A stretch of DNA of 64,000 nt from Eledone cirrhosa. Its lineage: Eukaryota. Made by a program: the position numbers and the translations under genes. Position 1 is the first letter of the stretch. Each line of letters begins with the position of its first letter. The notes under the pieces are model-generated. The model searched no databases. It was not told the origin of the DNA and saw only the letters and a program-made list of their open reading frames with translations. This document shows, piece after piece, positions 1 through 14,117 of the stretch. The DNA lies in assembly GCA_964016885.1 (NCBI GenBank), contig OZ024746.1, positions 9,238,001 through 9,302,000 of the forward strand. The letters are read 5' to 3'.

Positions 1-2635
1 AGTGTCACCCTGACAACATCTTAATGATGGGGGACTTCAACCTCCCCGGAGTTGACTGGTCCACAAACAGCCTGCCACCAGGTTCTTCTGCCTCAACCTC
101 TGACAGGGAAGCTGTGGAATCGCTTCTTGACTTCATGGATGATTTCTTCCTATCCCAACTGGTGCTCGAACCAACGAGGTGCCACAAAAACGTCCTAGAC
201 TTAATTTTCAGCAATCACACTGACAATATCCACAATATTGCAGTGGAGAAAACTCTACTCTCTGATCATGACATGGTTCTCTGTGATCTGAGATTCCACC
301 GTCCAATATACAAACCCAATGTCATCTCTCCTGTCCATCCGTTTGACGCTATGGATTTCCACAATGCAAACTGGGAAGCGATCAGTCATGATCTTGCACA
401 TGTCGACTGGTCCTTCACGCACACTCATACACCCACTAACATCAAAAAGTCCTGGCAGACATTTGTGGACACTGTTACAAACATATGTGCTAAACACACC
501 CCATTAAGAACTATAAACAAATCTAAGAGCAGAATCCCTAGAAATAGAAAAACGCTCATCAGAAAAATTAAGAGAACGAACAAAAAAATCAACAAGCTGA
601 AATACTGTCAGCAGCAACACATCAACTTGACTGCCATTTCATCACTAGAGATTAAAAAACATAACCTCCAAAACAACATAATGTCCCTCATCAACAATCA
701 GAGAAGAGCTGAAGAGGCCTGGGCCATTGAGAAGATCAAACTCAATCCCAAAGTGTTCTTTTCATTTGCAAAAAAACACAAAATCACTGGCTCTACTGTT
801 GGCCCTCTAATTGATGAAAATGGCACTCTTCAAGACAATGCTAAAACCATGAGTGAGATACTGCAGAAACAATACTGCTCTGTTTTCAGCAATCCTGATA
901 TGGTCGATCTGGGCTGTATCGGCGATGTTACTCCCCATTACACCTTATCGAACATAACGTTTGGCGCCCCTGATGTCTTGGCGGAAATAAAGGAAATCAA
1001 GCATAATTCAGCAGTAGGTCCCGATAGGTTTCCTGCTTGTGTCTTGAAGGCGTGTCAACACCAACTTGCATCTCCTCTTGCCAATCTGTGGCGGAACTCA
1101 CTGGATGCTGGATATGTGCCAGAAAACCTTCTATCCCAGTCTGTTGTCCCAGTTTTCAAAAAGGGAAACAAATCCCTTGCCGTGAATTACCGTCCAATCT
1201 CACTCACCTCTCATATCATTAAGGTATTTGAGAGAGTGGTGAGATCGCGAATGACCCACTTCCTTGAGAGTAACAATATGCTGAACTCCAACCAGCATGG
1301 ATTCCGTAATGGAAGGGATTGCCTGACGCAGCTACTGCATCACTTTGATGACATTTTGAGAGCCTTGGGAGAGGGTTCCAACACTGATGTTATCTACCTT
1401 GATTTCAGCAAGGCCTTTGACAGGGTTGATCATAACATTCTACTGAGAAAGCTGTCCACTATTGGTGTCATTGGAAAGCTGCTGCAGTGGATCAAGAGCT
1501 TCCTGTCAAACAGAACCCAACATGTTGTAGTTGAGGGAGTCAAATCAAGCCCAGCCAAAGTCAGTAGTGGGGTCCCACAAGGCACTGCGTTGGGCCCACT
1601 TCTCTTCATCATCTATATTAATGACATCACTGACATCATCAAACACAGCAACATTAAAATTTTCGCTGATGATTCCAAGCTCCAAAAGGTCATCAATGGC
1701 GTGGATGACCGGATAAGCCTTCAGTCAGACCTACTGGCTGTTACCCAATGGGCAGTAAAGAACAACATGTTACTGAACGAAGACAAATTCGAACTGATCC
1801 ACTTTGGAAAAGAGGATGCTCTGAAACTCCCGTACTCCCTTCCCTCCGGGGAAACTCTCCTGGCATCTAACAACATCAGAGACTTGGAAGTAACCGTGGA
1901 CAGCAACATAAGCTGGACCACGCATATAAGCAGCAAAGTTGACATGGCCCGCAGAATGTGTTCCTGGATCCTCAGAACCTTCCAGTCGAGAGATTCCCGC
2001 ACCATTATCCTTCTCTTCTCTACTTTTGCCCGACCACACCTTGAATACTGTTGTCGACTGTGGTCTCCCCACACGAAACAAAGTATCATGAAACTTGAAG
2101 CTCCTCAAAGGGCAATCACGAAAAAGATAGATGGCATGTCAGACCTTGACTACTGGGGTCGATTAGAAAACCTGAAACTTTACTCACTCCAACGTCGCCG
2201 TGAGCGTTATATTATCTGCATGATGTGGAAAATGTTCCATCATCACTGCCCAAATGATGTTGGCATCGCCTTCAAGATACACCCAAGGCTTGGGCCCCGT
2301 GCTATCCGTCCCATTCAAAAATCTAAATCGCAACTCATAACAACAATACGGCACAATTATTTCACCTCAGTCGGCCCTGCTCTCTTCAACATCACACCAG
2401 GACACGTTAAAACAGAAACTGACCACACAAAATTCAAGAAGTCTTTGGACAAATTCCTCCAAGTAATCCCGGACAAACCACCCACACCCGGATATGTCTC
2501 CGTAAACAGTAATTCTCTTCTCGAAAGGGCCATGGTGCCCAAATCCTGAATTGAAAGACTTCGCCAGATGGTGCTATTAAGTTAGACATGGCCTAGGCCA
2601 ATACTGGCCAAAACATTTCAAAGTTATTCAAAGTT

Positions 2636-2636
<1 letters not shown>
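1..2636 (+). mobile_element. CR1-group LINE, 3' portion with short 3' UTR
   Basis: ORF2 is followed by a ~85-nt UTR with small hairpins (ggcctaggcc; ggcca-atac-tggcc) and a tandem tail (ttcaaagtta x2) running into (TA)n. Confidence 0.9.
24..2549 (+). CDS. LINE ORF2 (APE endonuclease C-terminal part + reverse transcriptase), CR1-group; 5' part lies outside the window
   Basis: Uninterrupted 841-aa ORF. APE motifs GDFNLP, LDLIF, SDH; RT motifs NYRPISLTS, QHGFR, YLDFSKAFD, GVPQGTALGPLLF, FADD; CR1-like C-terminus RLENLKLYSLQRRRERY. Confidence 0.95.
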   Translation: MMGDFNLPGVDWSTNSLPPGSSASTSDREAVESLLDFMDDFFLSQLVLEPTRCHKNVLDLIFSNHTDNIHNIAVEKTLLSDHDMVLCDLRFHRPIYKPNVISPVHPFDAMDFHNANWEAISHDLAHVDWSFTHTHTPTNIKKSWQTFVDTVTNICAKHTPLRTINKSKSRIPRNRKTLIRKIKRTNKKINKLKYCQQQHINLTAISSLEIKKHNLQNNIMSLINNQRRAEEAWAIEKIKLNPKVFFSFAKKHKITGSTVGPLIDENGTLQDNAKTMSEILQKQYCSVFSNPDMVDLGCIGDVTPHYTLSNITFGAPDVLAEIKEIKHNSAVGPDRFPACVLKACQHQLASPLANLWRNSLDAGYVPENLLSQSVVPVFKKGNKSLAVNYRPISLTSHIIKVFERVVRSRMTHFLESNNMLNSNQHGFRNGRDCLTQLLHHFDDILRALGEGSNTDVIYLDFSKAFDRVDHNILLRKLSTIGVIGKLLQWIKSFLSNRTQHVVVEGVKSSPAKVSSGVPQGTALGPLLFIIYINDITDIIKHSNIKIFADDSKLQKVINGVDDRISLQSDLLAVTQWAVKNNMLLNEDKFELIHFGKEDALKLPYSLPSGETLLASNNIRDLEVTVDSNISWTTHISSKVDMARRMCSWILRTFQSRDSRTIILLFSTFARPHLEYCCRLWSPHTKQSIMKLEAPQRAITKKIDGMSDLDYWGRLENLKLYSLQRRRERYIICMMWKMFHHHCPNDVGIAFKIHPRLGPRAIRPIQKSKSQLITTIRHNYFTSVGPALFNITPGHVKTETDHTKFKKSLDKFLQVIPDKPPTPGYVSVNSNSLLERAMVPKS

Positions 2637-2896
<260 letters not shown>

Positions 2897-3113
2897 GGGA
2901 TAACAAATTATTGTTATAGGTAGTCCACTTAGATGTAGTCCAGTTAGGGTACTCCGAGTAGTGGATAGTATTAACGCTTGGCTAAGTTTGACTCAACAAG
3001 ACGTTGCCATAGTGATGCTGCGAGTACGCGGTGATTTCTATGTAGTTTACACTTGGAGTAATGATAATTCAAGAAAGAAGAGTGACATGGTTTGCTATAC
3101 AATAAGGGCTTTA

Positions 3114-3232
3114 ATCACATTGCTGACAATTGTTTCACTGAACTGGTAGGTCTAGAGATCGCTACCCGCCTGTTTCTGCGTCAATCGATCACCAATACTT
3201 TGTTATAACCAGTCTGTTCATCAGAGCGTGCG
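3114..3232 (-). ncRNA. Type I hammerhead ribozyme motif with long stem II insertion, inside a ~355-bp element (2897-3252) flanked by (TA)n
   Basis: Minus strand: gct-CTGATGA-acagactggt...accagttcagt-GAAA-caattg-TC-agc. Palindromic stem III, GUC triplet, short stem I. Confidence 0.7.
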
Positions 3233-3277
3233 AGAATGGAGGGAATACACAGGTATATATATACATATATATATATG

Positions 3278-3351
<74 letters not shown>

Positions 3352-3465
3352 TATATATAGGTATGTATGTATATATATGTATGTGTATATATGTGTATGT
3401 ATATATATGTATGTATATGTATCTCTCTATATGTATGTGTATGTGTATATATGTATGTATATGTA

Positions 3466-3524
<59 letters not shown>

Positions 3525-3529
3525 GTATC

Positions 3530-3602
<73 letters not shown>

Positions 3603-3611
3603 TTATATATG

Positions 3612-3650
<39 letters not shown>

Positions 3651-3750
3651 GTATGTATATATGTATGTATATATATATATATATGTATGTATATATATAC
3701 ATATGTATGTATATATATATGTATGTATATATATATGTATATATCTGTGT

Positions 3751-4360
3751 GTCAGGTCACCAGTTGGTGCTACTGGTAACATGTATCTAAATACAACCTG
3801 TCTCATGGTCGGGTCGTTGGCGACTAAACTGGCAACCCCTCCAAGGTTTCTTGGTGAGGAGGGTGACTTTGGACATCCTGCAGGACTAAAAACAAAACCT
3901 GTCAAAGGGCAAAGGAGCTCTTAAGAGTCAATGGCCATCCAAAATCACCGGGAGAGATGACCCCTTAGCCTTTGTCAAGGCAGAATTCTAGGAGAAGGAA
4001 AACTCTGATATAACACCTGCAACCCTGATGGTATCCAATGATGTTGACTTGTTCTTCTTCTTGGTAAATAGCATCTTGGTTAAGAGAGTGGGACTGGCTT
4101 TGTGCAGTGCCTTTGCTCACTATAAAAGCTTCACAGCACAGGCATTGCTTTATATCTGGGGATCTCTCTGCACTTGTCATCACATCGTACCATGGGCCCA
4201 GCACTATGTGTCAATAATTGTCACAAGTGTAGTGTTTGTACCAGAGTTTTCAAGTCACTGGCTGGACTAAAAAGTCACACTCGTTCAGCGCATCAGTAGG
4301 GGTTCTCCTACATGGATATAAAGTAGTGGCCGTACTCGAAAACGAGTTGGCAGCCACCAT
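3751..4360 (+). mobile_element. Internally deleted RTE-clade retroelement (5' region joined to 3' end)
   Basis: RTE-like 5' motif ctaggagaaggaaaactctga (~3988). 4222-4299 encodes [25 protein letters not shown] (C2H2 finger typical of RTE ORF ends). The 3' end tactcgaaaacgagttggcagccaccat resembles 6221-6265. Confidence 0.65.
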
Positions 4361-4374
4361 ATATATATGTATGT

Positions 4375-4412
<38 letters not shown>

Positions 4413-4541
4413 GTATCTATATATATATATGTATGTATATATATATATATATATGTATGTATATATATATATGTATCTATATATATGTATGTATGCATAT
4501 ACATGCATACATACATGCATATATATATATATATGTATGTA

Positions 4542-4650
4542 TGGCCCAGGCCATGTCCAACTTAATAGCACCACCTGGCGGAGTCTTACAAATCAGTGTT
4601 TGGGCACCATGGCCCACTCGAGCAGAGAGTTATTGTTTACGGAGGCATAT
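4542..4650 (-). mobile_element. Short 3' fragment of the same CR1-group family as 1-2636
   Basis: Reverse complement aligns by eye with ~2492-2600 (ctccgtaaac...ggccatggtgcccaaa...ggtgctattaagtt.gacatggcct.ggcc). Confidence 0.9.
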
Positions 4651-5236
4651 ATATATATATATGCATATAGATATATGCAATTCACTCCCCCTTCTGGCCT
4701 CTGTCTTTCTCTGTACACTACATATTCATATGGTGGAATTCCTCTACCAAGTGTAGCTATTGTTACTAGGAGGGACGAATTTTTAGATACAGACTTGTAT
4801 TCTTCTTTTACAAATATCTCACGACGCAGATGATAAATTCAATCCTAAGTCTCGCTTGATAAGCATGATATTAGGCAATTCTCAATGAAAACCAAAATCC
4901 ACAGATCATAATACCTAACTAATTTAGATAAACGATTAGACTAATGTAATCAATCATATTAAGATGTACAAAAAATATTGCTATTTCCAATTATCGTTCA
5001 ATATATACAAACTAGACTCAGTAAAGATTTGTTGGTATTCAGTGATATTTGTCAAGATCTATAAACGCAGAAAGAATTCAAGCTTAATCTCTGTAGGCAG
5101 GTTCACACTGAGGGGTTAGGCACTCCTGATTTTTAAAGTTCATTTAAGCTAACGGGATTAATGTATATTGGGTTAAAACTAATTGATTTCAAGGCACAAC
5201 CTAAACATAAATCGATATAAATATATATATATGAAC

Positions 5237-5280
<44 letters not shown>

Positions 5281-5283
<3 letters not shown>

Positions 5284-5616
5284 CATTGGAACATCTGACT
5301 GATAAAATGACAAGTCAGTCAATCATATTGGTGGCCTCCCACGGTCCCGGGGGACAGAATGGAGAAGGCGTTTCCCCAGAGGATGGTAAGGGAGATTCGC
5401 CGGAAGAGCCATTAAAAGGCGCGAGGCTCACACCCCTATGGTGGTGAGTAGCGAGGTAGCCCTAGGGCCGAGGACACCAAAAGTCTCCACTGCCAAGGGT
5501 ACAACCGCAAACCTGTCGGAGAGCGACCGGTATTTGAAGAGTTTGGCCTCGTCAGCCCGACGTGCAGCAGAACTTGGGTTAGTCGCAGACTGCACCAGGT
5601 TTCGGCTGGAGATATT
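5281..5616. repeat. GC-rich dispersed repeat of unknown class; the first ~80 bp recur at ~35735-35818
   Basis: Shared actgataaaatg...aagtcagtcaatcatattggtggcctccc...ggacagaat. Confidence 0.6.
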
Positions 5617-6139
5617 ATGATATTACTTTTGGCTTTAGAATTTTGTTACTCAAAACGAATAATACCGTCAGCCTTCCTTTTACATAAATGGATGAAAAGA
5701 AAACAAATAACTATAGCAACCTATCTCAGTTTCCTAATATGTAAAGAATGTTTATACCACATATTATTCAAGACTAAGCAAGTCGTAAAAGATTTTCAAA
5801 TAACTCACAACGCTTAGGTTATCATTAATGGAAAGACATTAGGAAGTCTTTGCATTTGACAAGTTATGTTTGATAATGATAAATAGTAAGTATTAAAGAA
5901 TACTTACTATTGCTTTCCAATTGTTCTATAAATCAGTTGACAGTGATTTAAGTCAGAAACAGCAGAATTTATCTCAATTCTAAAAGTAAGATAGATTGGT
6001 TTCAATTGCCATACTTAACTATATGTATGTATGTATGTGTGTATATATATATGTATATGTATATTATTATTGTTGTTGTCGTTATTATTATTGTTGTTAT
6101 TATTATTATTATTATTATTGTTATTAATGTATGTGTGTG

Positions 6140-6174
<35 letters not shown>

Positions 6175-6220
6175 TTTTTATTTATTTATTTATTTATTAT
6201 TATTATTATTTTTTTTTTTC

Positions 6221-6265
6221 TCGTGCAATGGCCATACTCGATAACGAGGGGGCAGCCATCATCAT
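6221..6265 (+). mobile_element. Extreme 3' stub of an RTE-like element
   Basis: ggccatactcgataacgagggggcagccatcatcat, similar to the 3' end at 4329-4360, with a short (CAT)n tail. Confidence 0.5.
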
Positions 6266-6316
6266 GTATGTATGTATGTATGTTTACATTTGTTATATAT
6301 ATACATATACATATAT

Positions 6317-6405
<89 letters not shown>

Positions 6406-6675
6406 TACATATATATATACATGTATATATAGATATATTCATATATACATATATTCGTATATATAGATATATTCATATATACATATATATTCATATATAT
6501 ATATATGAATATATCTATATAGAGGCTGCTGTAGTTTATTTATCAAATATTTCTTCATAGGAGCCTTTATTCTTATAGCCTGGTCTAATTGGTTTTTTAT
6601 ATGGTTAATTATGCTAATTGGGAGAGGAAATAGTGTATAAATTTTATCAAATAATTCTATGGACATAATTTATGT

Positions 6676-6765
<90 letters not shown>

Positions 6766-7302
6766 CATATACATATATATATATATTCATATATATATAT
6801 ATATACATATATACATATATATATATATATTCATATATATACATACATATATATATTCATATATATACATATATACATATATATATATATATATTCATAT
6901 ATATACATATATATATATATTCATATATATATACATATATACATATATATATATATTCATATATATATATATATATATATTCATATATATACATATATAT
7001 ATATATATTCATATATATATATATATATATATTCATATATATATATATATATATATTCATATATATATATATTCATATATATATATATATACATATATAT
7101 ATACATATATACATATATATACATATATACATATATACATATATATATATATATACATATATACATATACATATATACATATATACATATATACATATAC
7201 ATATATACTTATATACATATATATATATATACATATATATATATACATATATATATACATATATAGATATTTATATATATACATATATATACATATATAC
7301 AT

Positions 7303-7819
7303 ACTCTTTTACTCTTTTACTCTTTTACTTGTTCCAGCCATCCGGCTGAATCCATGCTGGGGCACCACCCTTTTTGCTACACATTTTATCTCCAGTCTGT
7401 ATAGGTTGGCCACTGGTGTAAGAGGGAGTTTGTTGCTGCTGCCCTTAGGTTTCCCTCGTGCCTTGCTGTGGGCTCATCCGGGATCCTGGATAGCAAGTTG
7501 TCGAGATGTTTCTTGAAGAGCACCACACCATGCAGATCTCTCAGATCCCTCGGCACCTTGTTGACGAGTTGAGGGCCCTTGAATCCCAGGCTATTGCAAT
7601 ATCTGCTCCTTATTCTAGTTGTAGAAGACAGGACCTTTGGCACCATACGGTGACGTCTTGTTCGGGGGGTTGGTCCAGCTCGCAATGCCAAAGTTTGGTG
7701 CTAGTCCCTCCAGCATTTTCCACATCTAGATCACTGCGTATCTCTCCCGTCTTCGTTCCAACGAGTAGATGTTCAGTTTTTTTAGTCTCTCCCAGTAGCT
7801 TATATCCTTCATCGTGGCA
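7303..7819 (-). mobile_element. 5'-truncated CR1-group LINE (second family), decayed
   Basis: Minus strand gives SYWERL...[21 protein letters not shown] and [10 protein letters not shown]...[17 protein letters not shown]...TNSLL, homologous to the C-terminus of the 24-2549 ORF. Tail (gtaaaaga)x3; both flanks TA-rich repeat. Confidence 0.9.
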
Positions 7820-7897
7820 TATACATATATATATATATATACATATATTCATATATACATATATATACACATATGTATACATATATATTAATATATA

Positions 7898-7928
<31 letters not shown>

Positions 7929-8398
7929 ATATATATATGTATATATATGCATATATATATATACATATATATATGTATCTATATATGTATATATATATAT
8001 GTATATATATATGTATATATATGTATATATATATGTATATATATATATGAATAAAGTTAATATATCTGAGGGTACAAGGTATATATATATATATAAAGAT
8101 ATATATATACATAATTCTTTATATTTATATCTCCAAACTATTTGTTGAGCAAAACTTGCCGAAATTACTGCTATGGTTCATGGTAGTAGTTAGGCTCTTG
8201 TCTTATTACCACCCTCTCCCCACTGATTAACCTCAGTGTCACGTGATTGATTCTTTAGAATTTGCCACTGACCAAGAAGGCAGTGAATTTTTTCAGTGTC
8301 CTGGAATTTAGTCCCCGCTCGCTTTTTTCCATCCACTGCATTATTTTTATATTTTTTCCTTGTGTCCACGCATTGCCTGGGAACTTAGCTGAGAATAG

Positions 8399-8479
8399 AC
8401 TCCCTGATGACGTAAGGATTTCTCTATATTTGAGTTGCTAACTATATTTATTCCCTTACAGAAACTAATTAGTTGGAGT
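8399..8479 (+). ncRNA. Type I hammerhead ribozyme motif in a ~410-bp element (~8112-8522) between TA arrays
   Basis: actcc-CTGATGA-cgtaagg...ccttaca-GAAA-ctaattag-TT-ggagt. 5-bp stem I, palindromic stem III. Confidence 0.85.
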
Positions 8480-8526
8480 GAAAATTTTAGTAAGTAAGTT
8501 AATTTTAATAATTTTCTTTCATGTAT

Positions 8527-8586
<60 letters not shown>

Positions 8587-8647
8587 ATATGATGTGGCTG
8601 CGCATTTATTTCCGTAACCCAGTGTAAGGTTGTAAGTATGTGTACAC

Positions 8648-8735
<88 letters not shown>

Positions 8736-9430
8736 TTGTGTTTGTGTGCGCGCGCGATGCGATACCTTGCTTAAAATTAGCTAGTACACAACACTCTCAG
8801 CTAGTACACAACCTTCATCTACTCACTAATTCTCCTGCCAATACTTTCCGTCGACACGAAAGGCAACTCTGTTTTGCGACATCAAATTATCTGATCAGGG
8901 GATTAGTATTAGTCATGAAATATACCGCATTTAAATTTGGTGAACTGGCAGTGTCGTTTGAGCCTTGAACCAATGCCTTCTGCTATTTGTTATAGCTTTC
9001 CGCGTTTGCAATTCAAAACCTAATAATGTCACCCTTCAAGGCCCAATAAATTAAAGAACCAGCTCATTGGTTGGATTGACGTAACTGCTAGAGCATCAGA
9101 CGGATTGGTTACAGTATTTTGTTCAGCTCCTTCCGTTATTTGCTTAGATCTTTGCTTAGATCTACTTTGGTCACATACGTAAATGTTCAATCTGTTTAAA
9201 AGTACTCCCAGTTTCTTGGATTTATTTACCAGAATCTACACTGTAGACAACATTTAGGTCATATTTCCGATTTGAGGATACATCTCTCCTTTCCACTCAC
9301 CTGGCTTTGAGGTCCTGAGAATGGCCGTGGGAATTGCTCTTCCATCCCTGATTATACAACCAGAAACACTAGTGAATATACCTTGGTATTTATTGATCAA
9401 ACATTTGTTGTCTTATGTGTAGGCCTAGAC

Positions 9431-9483
9431 AAACATAAACTCTGGAAATATACTCTTAGAGTATATTTCCAGAGTTTATGTTT
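9431..9483. repeat. Perfect inverted repeat, 26-bp arms with 1-nt centre
   Basis: aaacataaactctggaaatatactct-t-agagtatatttccagagtttatgttt. Confidence 0.95.
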
Positions 9484-9541
9484 CTCGAGGTAAGGCAGTC
9501 GCTGGTCTACTTTGTCGCTGATCTACTTTGGATTTCTCATT

Positions 9542-9628
<87 letters not shown>

Positions 9629-11228
9629 ACACAACGACGACAGTTATACTGACAACTGCATCCATTCCTACAGTGTGATAGAAACCTAGTGGTGACAGAG
9701 AATTTGACAATGAGTTCAAATCTGAATGTGTTGGATATTTCTAGTCAGAATTCTGCATGTCAGAAATACTGGGCAACTATTCGTAGCATCAAAATGAGGT
9801 GAGGGCTTCCTCCGATAATCCACTGGATGGCTGAATAGCTCCCTCCAGTCGTTAACTTGCGTAGGAAGGATAGCCTGAATATCATTAATTTGTATATGGG
9901 TTAATGTTACGTGAAAAGAACAGTCACGTTGTTTGTTAAATGCTAAACTACTTCACTGACTAGATTAACCTTTCATAAAACGAAGGTTAAACAGATATTA
10001 CTTATGTGACTCCAACATCATTGAATCAATTCATATATAACAACCGTATATTAGAAACGTTGATGTTAAAATATTGATTTTTATACATCGGTAAAATACC
10101 GAATATTTGTACAAACATGCATCGCCGATTATTTCGCCAGTCCTACACCCGCTAGAAAAGTACTGTATTTATCCACTCTGGAAGGATGAAAGACAACACT
10201 GCAAGAAATGTTTGTTCACTCTAACGATTATAAGCAAAAGCTATTAGCAACGTTAAGGAAACATGGGTCGCAGTTGTTCTGCAGTGCACATACCTTCAGT
10301 AAAGGTTGATATAGTAAATTTAGTTGGTACTTATTTCTATATTTTATTGACACAAGAAATATGAGAAAAAAAGGGATTTTGAACATAGGAAGTAGAGGGA
10401 AGAAACCTAGGGACCCTCTACTTTTCCCATTACTCTATGTATTCTCGACCTTAAAATACGAAGAAGGATTACATGTGACATTTTGTATTTAACAATTTGT
10501 TATACCCTGAATTATCGGCGCAGTTTGAGCTGAATGATTCACTTCATAATTATGAAGTCTTAGATTCGCTCCCACTGCCTGGCTTCTTAGACAAATATCT
10601 TAAACAAATAACAGGTAGGGCCTCAATCTCACCGATGTGATGTGGGGGTGGCATAAAATTATTAGTTACTTAGGTTGATACGAGGCTATAGTAAATTATA
10701 CTTGACCAAGATGTCATGCTGATGATTTGAACCCGGGGACTTAATACTTTGGACATGTTTCGTCGACTGTGTACTCAACTTGGAGAGATATTACTATTCT
10801 ATGTCAAAGATATATTAACATTTAAAATTATAAGTAACATTGATCTGTTTATTGTCTTTATAAGAACGTATACATAGCTTGCCAATATGATAATATCAAT
10901 TAAGTTGAAAATCTATCTAACTTTATAAAAATAGAAATGGATGCCCTTACATAGACCAGTTATATATGCAAACAATCAATAATCTACTACGTTGGTAATA
11001 GGCTTGATGTAATACAGTATTTGATGCTAGTACATTCCTTCCAAACATATATTCATACATATATGCATATAAATGTTTGTTTCCGTTGGACTATGTGAAT
11101 ATATGTGTGTATGTATGAGTGTATGTGTATTTTGCAACATTTCCTCGTCTATTTAATTACATTTAAACATATTTTAACTATGGTCATACATACATACATA
11201 CATACATACATACATACATACATACATG

Positions 11229-11260
<32 letters not shown>

Positions 11261-14019
11261 TGTATGTATGTATGTATGTATGTATGTATGTATGTATGTA
11301 TATGCATTGTTATAAATGCATATCAATACGCATACATGTGTGTGTAAGTGTATATATATATATATATTTATTTATATACACTTACATATATATATATATT
11401 TACACTTATATATATATATATAGTGTGTGTGTGTGTGTGTGCGCCCACATAGGAGTATATGTATAGGTAAGTGTATATCATTGTATACATGTATAGGTGT
11501 GTAGGCTTGTAAGTTTGCTTTAATATATGTATGTGTTCGTTTTATTTGTTTGTATCTGTGTGTCTCTATGTGTGGTGGCGTGTATGTGTGTGTGTCTATG
11601 TGTGGTTGTGTGTATGTGTGTGTCTGTGTGGTTGTGTGCTTGTGTGTATGTATCTATGTATGTTCTTTGGTGTAAATAACATTTGATATGGGAATGTCTG
11701 CAACTTAATTATAGCGTTTTATCATGAGTAAATCAAAAAGAGAAGTATGAAAGTGATGTATCTGATGAAGAGAGGGTGAGAGAGAAGGGGGAGACGTGGG
11801 AGATAGTGAAAGGGTGAGGAAAAAAGAAAAGGAAGAAAAAGTGCGTCATTTCCACTGCAAATAAATTTGCACTAAACATTAATGATTGAATCAATACGTT
11901 AAGTTTTTTTAACAGCAAAGGGACGCAGTTGTTTTAGTTGTTGTTTTTATGACTGTTTACAATTATATTATTTTATTTTGTAATGTTCGTTTTTTATTAT
12001 TTTGGGGATTTTTGCTATAAATATATTTTTTAAACATTTTGCTTGTTGCAGTACTGGTACCTAAATTTAGCGTTAACTTAGCGGTTGGTTAAACTGGAAT
12101 TTATTTGCTGTGATCGGTTACAAAATCTGCAGTTTAAAAATCAATAAGGTTTATAACTGTTGCTGTAATCATCCTTTATCTAATGTACATCTACCTCATA
12201 CAAACTCTTCCATGAAGGTTTCATCAGTTAAAATAATGGTTTCCAGTCCATTCTCTGGGGAGAAATATCATTTGTTTTTGGTTGATTGGTTGGCTGATTG
12301 GTTGGTTGACTGGTTAGTTACTTAATTTTTGTTTTTGTATTTGTGTGTTAATTTTCCCTTTTATTTAGTGCTCTAAGGAGGAAAGTAATTGCTCATAGCC
12401 TCGAAATAGGTGAGATGGGTGCGAGAGGTTAGTGCAGTAAAATGTTTGTTTAGCAGTAGGATGTTAATGGTTGATAAGAGCAAATAGCTTTGATAGAGTA
12501 TTTCAAAAACATACAATTATTAGGTGAAAAAAACAAAACAAAGCTGGTTATTCATTGATTCATTGGTCATATTGTGACATAATGAACATGAAAATCTATA
12601 GAGATAGTAATGTGTAGAAATTTAAGCCATTAAAGTAACGGTATGCTAAGGATACACAGAACATACTGTGACTGTAAATTATGACAACCGAAGATTCGAC
12701 TTAACCTGTTATAGTTTACGTGAGTTAATTAGTCGTTAGCTTCAGTATAATGATCTTTTAAAGAATGCTGTCTTAAATCTCTATAACGTATTTAGTATTA
12801 ACCATACATACCAAGCTGCAAGTATTTATAACACATTGTATAGTTCATCATTAGAAGTAGTAGGAACAGAATAAATCTGACGAGTGCCTCGTATTGACTT
12901 TTTAAGTTCGTGAGAAAGATATTTCGGAGAAACTAGCTTTTAATTTGTTTTTTCCATGACATTTTTCCACATCTACTTAAAATTTACAAACACTGTTATT
13001 CAATGATTTGATGGTGGTTTTATGAAGTCAGTGTGGGAGGTTATTTTAATTAGTTCTTCTTTTTTATACCTTTTATATTTTAGGAGGAAAATGATTTTAT
13101 CCTAGAATATTTATGATATTTTTATACAGCTGAATCACAACCAGTACATTACTAAGTTTTATTTTATTGTTGGCCAATGACATGAGGAAAAATTAGACTC
13201 TGGCAGAATTTGAACTTTGAAAGTCAGGTATTTAATCTAAACCACCAAAGATTCACCACAAAAAAATGAGACTGCTACATTATACACACAATATATATAG
13301 AGAAAATAATAATGATCTAAAATTAACTTTTGATCCCAATAGATTAGCTCTAACATAAGACGATATATTCTTAAAACTAAAAAAAGGTATCAGCTATAGA
13401 AATAGAACACTTAAAAGAGAGAACGTTACGAAAATACAATAATGATTAAAAAAATCAAAACACAAAAGTGCAAACAAGAAGAAAAGCATTAACTTTAAAA
13501 CATTTGGAAAGTTGAAGATAGAATTAGCATATGTAATTGAAACATAAAGACAAAATAAATTATGAACACAATAAAATCGAACTTTGGCGTAACTACTCCG
13601 TCAAAAACCATCCTGATGTGAAATAAACAATAAATTTGAGGAAAAACGAATGTAAGAAAGGTTTAATAATAGAAAATTCTAATATGGAAATTTTGAATAT
13701 GACAATATACTAAAGGTGGAATTAAAGAATTAAAATCGATCGATCTTTCTATGGACCAAAGATGAACCATCCCCAAAATAAAACGTAATAATCAAATAGC
13801 AACAACAATAAACAAAAGAAACACTTGGCCATTGTAAACATAATGGAAATAGATACGAACAGAAAAAAATCAAGATAAACGAGATAATATATACAAAAGT
13901 GACAGTAGCTATAAATGAAAGTGGGTATACCCTCAAACTTACACGGAATATCAAAGATCAAAGGAACAACTTAAAAAACAAACATAAAAGAAATGAAACA
14001 CTATAAAGAAAGAATCACA

Positions 14020-14117
14020 AATAATTGTTTCTACTATTGGCACAAGGCCAGAAAATTACCCAGTACATTACTGGTACTTTATTTTATCGACCCCGTAAGG
14101 ATGAAAGGCAAAGTTAA
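14020..14117 (-). mobile_element. SINE, 3' half
   Basis: Matches the core shared with other copies (actttgcctttcatccttacggggtcgataaaataaagtaccag...ggccttgtgccaa...tagaaac). Confidence 0.85.

Noticed and set aside
5325-5400. Possible HDV-like ribozyme (gcc-tcccac-ggt)
   Set aside because: Could not identify P1/P2 pairings.
12369-12409. Possible 41-nt plus-strand micro-exon (tttag|...|gtgaga)
   Set aside because: Such signals arise by chance in AT-rich DNA; no partner exons recognised.
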